A stretch of 34,214 nucleotides of DNA from an uncultured Syntrophaceae bacterium. Lineage in GTDB: Bacteria > Desulfobacterota > Syntrophia > Syntrophales > UBA4778. The notes under the pieces are model-generated. The model was not told the DNA's origin, did no database searches, and saw only the letters and a list, made by a program, of their open reading frames with translations. Below, piece by piece: positions 33,418-34,214 of the stretch (its first letter is position 1; each line of letters opens with the position of its first letter). The DNA lies in assembly GCA_964556675.1 (NCBI GenBank), contig CAZKYN010000002.1:1-34214 (forward strand). The letters run 5' to 3'. Made by a program: the position numbers and the translations under genes.

Positions 33418-33445
33418 TTGACAAAAGTCCGCTCCTCTGTACAAT
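33418..33445 (+). promoter_or_regulatory. near-consensus sigma70-type promoter for the small gene at 33479
   Basis: TTGACA (33418-33423), 16-nt spacer, TACAAT (33440-33445), then AGGAG (33465-33469) and ATG at 33479. Confidence 0.6.
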
Positions 33446-33478
33446 TTGTATCTAAATTAAAACAGGAGATTATTGACT

Positions 33479-33676
33479 ATGAGCTCTGCCGAACAATTGA
33501 AAGATCTGATAGACAAGGCGATAGAGGATCAGGAATTGACCTTTACAGAGCACGAGAAGATCCTGGCTCTGGCCGACAAGGACAATCTTATCGACAAAAA
33601 GGAAAAGGCGCTCCTGCACTCGCTCCAGTGCATGATCGAGAACGGCACAATCAAGAGAGTCCCGGACAAAAAGTAA
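33479..33676 (+). CDS. small acidic/helical hypothetical protein
   Basis: 65 aa (MSSAEQLKDLIDKAIEDQELTFTEHEKILALADKDNLIDKKEKALLHSLQCMIENGTIKRVPDKK). It has its own promoter-like element, an SD and a strong terminator. Confidence 0.6.
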   Translation: MSSAEQLKDLIDKAIEDQELTFTEHEKILALADKDNLIDKKEKALLHSLQCMIENGTIKRVPDKK

Positions 33677-33710
33677 GAGAAACCCCCGTTTACTACAAGA
33701 ACCTGAAAAA

Positions 33711-33738
33711 GGATTGGCGAGTTGCCAATCCTTTTTTT
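33711..33738 (+). terminator. rho-independent terminator
   Basis: GGATTGGC (33711-33718), loop GAGT, GCCAATCC (33723-33730), followed by T7. An A5 run precedes the stem. Confidence 0.8.
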
Positions 33739-33970
33739 GTGCGCACTGCTCATCAGGCGATCCGGTTCCTCTTTATTGCCGCCCGCCTGCCCGGCGGGGG
33801 GGCAATTATAATCCGTGCAGGTTATAAGACCGTTTCCAGGACCTCCTTGACCCTTCCCGATCCATTCAGGCAACAGCAGACAGGCGCGGACCGCGGCCTT
33901 TTTCCCTTTCGGACGACGGGAAATGCGGCCGGAAGCTTATTTCGAGAAAAGGTTGCCCTAACGTTGAGCA

Positions 33971-34214
33971 TTATCGAAGGTTCAGCTTCATCTTCATCAG
34001 GCCGTCCGGGATCATTTCGCCCGTGATTCCGAGCCTGGCGCATGCCTTTATCATTTTTTTGTTTCCAGGCTGGACGTAGCCGTAGAACTCCTCCAGTCCT
34101 TTCTCCTGCGCAACGCCGATCACCATGTCGAGGAGCTTGTAAGCCAGTCCCTTGCCCTGGAAGTCGTCGTGCACGATCACGGCGAACTCGCCCTTTTTGA
34201 AGTCCGGCTCGATA
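33971..34214 (-). CDS. GNAT N-acetyltransferase domain, C-terminal fragment (5' end outside window)
   Basis: The frame is open to the window edge (...IEPDFKKGEFAVIVHDDFQGKGLAYKLLDMVIGVAQEKGLEEFYGYVQPGNKKMIKACARLGI...). The Q-x-x-G-x-G/A acetyl-CoA binding motif is present as FQGKGLA. This may be the C-terminal domain of a larger Pat-like or acetate-CoA ligase-like protein. Confidence 0.8.
   Translation of the reverse strand, partial: IEPDFKKGEFAVIVHDDFQGKGLAYKLLDMVIGVAQEKGLEEFYGYVQPGNKKMIKACARLGITGEMIPDGLMKMKLNLR

Noticed and set aside
1-34214. Scan for CRISPR arrays, tRNA/rRNA genes, IS elements, integrases, and long direct or inverted repeats flanking the low-GC islets
   Set aside because: By eye I found no spaced repeat arrays, no tRNA T-loop/acceptor structures, no transposase- or integrase-like ORFs, and no obvious flanking repeats. 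A computational repeat search could still reveal short att-like repeats.

Overview
34.2-kb chromosomal window, fairly GC-rich, densely coded on both strands. Gene content suggests an anaerobic Deltaproteobacteria/Desulfobacterota-like organism; this lineage guess is inference from gene content only. Left to right: 3' end of cysS; a fixC-fixX-acd-etfB-etfA anaerobic acyl-CoA oxidation operon (minus strand); a decayed Fe-S protein pseudogene next to a lower-GC three-gene islet (DUF4145-like protein plus two small proteins); a secreted tandem-repeat protein; an RHH-like regulator with a perfect palindrome upstream; a PlsC-family acyltransferase; a short MCP; a flavodoxin; an LplT(MFS)-acyltransferase fusion; a YkgJ-type CxxCxxCC protein; an AT-rich islet with two small orphan genes; a PAS-PAS-PAS-LuxR regulator; a co-directional set of secreted hemerythrin-like protein, five-PAS histidine kinase and GT-C-like membrane protein; two tandem Kup K+ transporter paralogs; a CsgG-like lipoprotein; a three-gene envelope protease module (free-standing propeptide-like lipoprotein, multidomain S8 subtilase with a CFIATAA-box C-terminal tail, small beta-barrel OMP); a UDP-sugar dehydrogenase; a compact small-gene unit; and the 3' end of a GNAT-domain gene. 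I saw no rRNA, tRNA, CRISPR array, transposase or integrase. The best candidates for something undescribed are the envelope protease module (28.1-31.6 kb), the DUF4145 islet (6.1-7.4 kb) and the hemerythrin/PAS-kinase/GT-C set (16.8-22.4 kb). All functional calls come from motif recognition by eye, with no database search.
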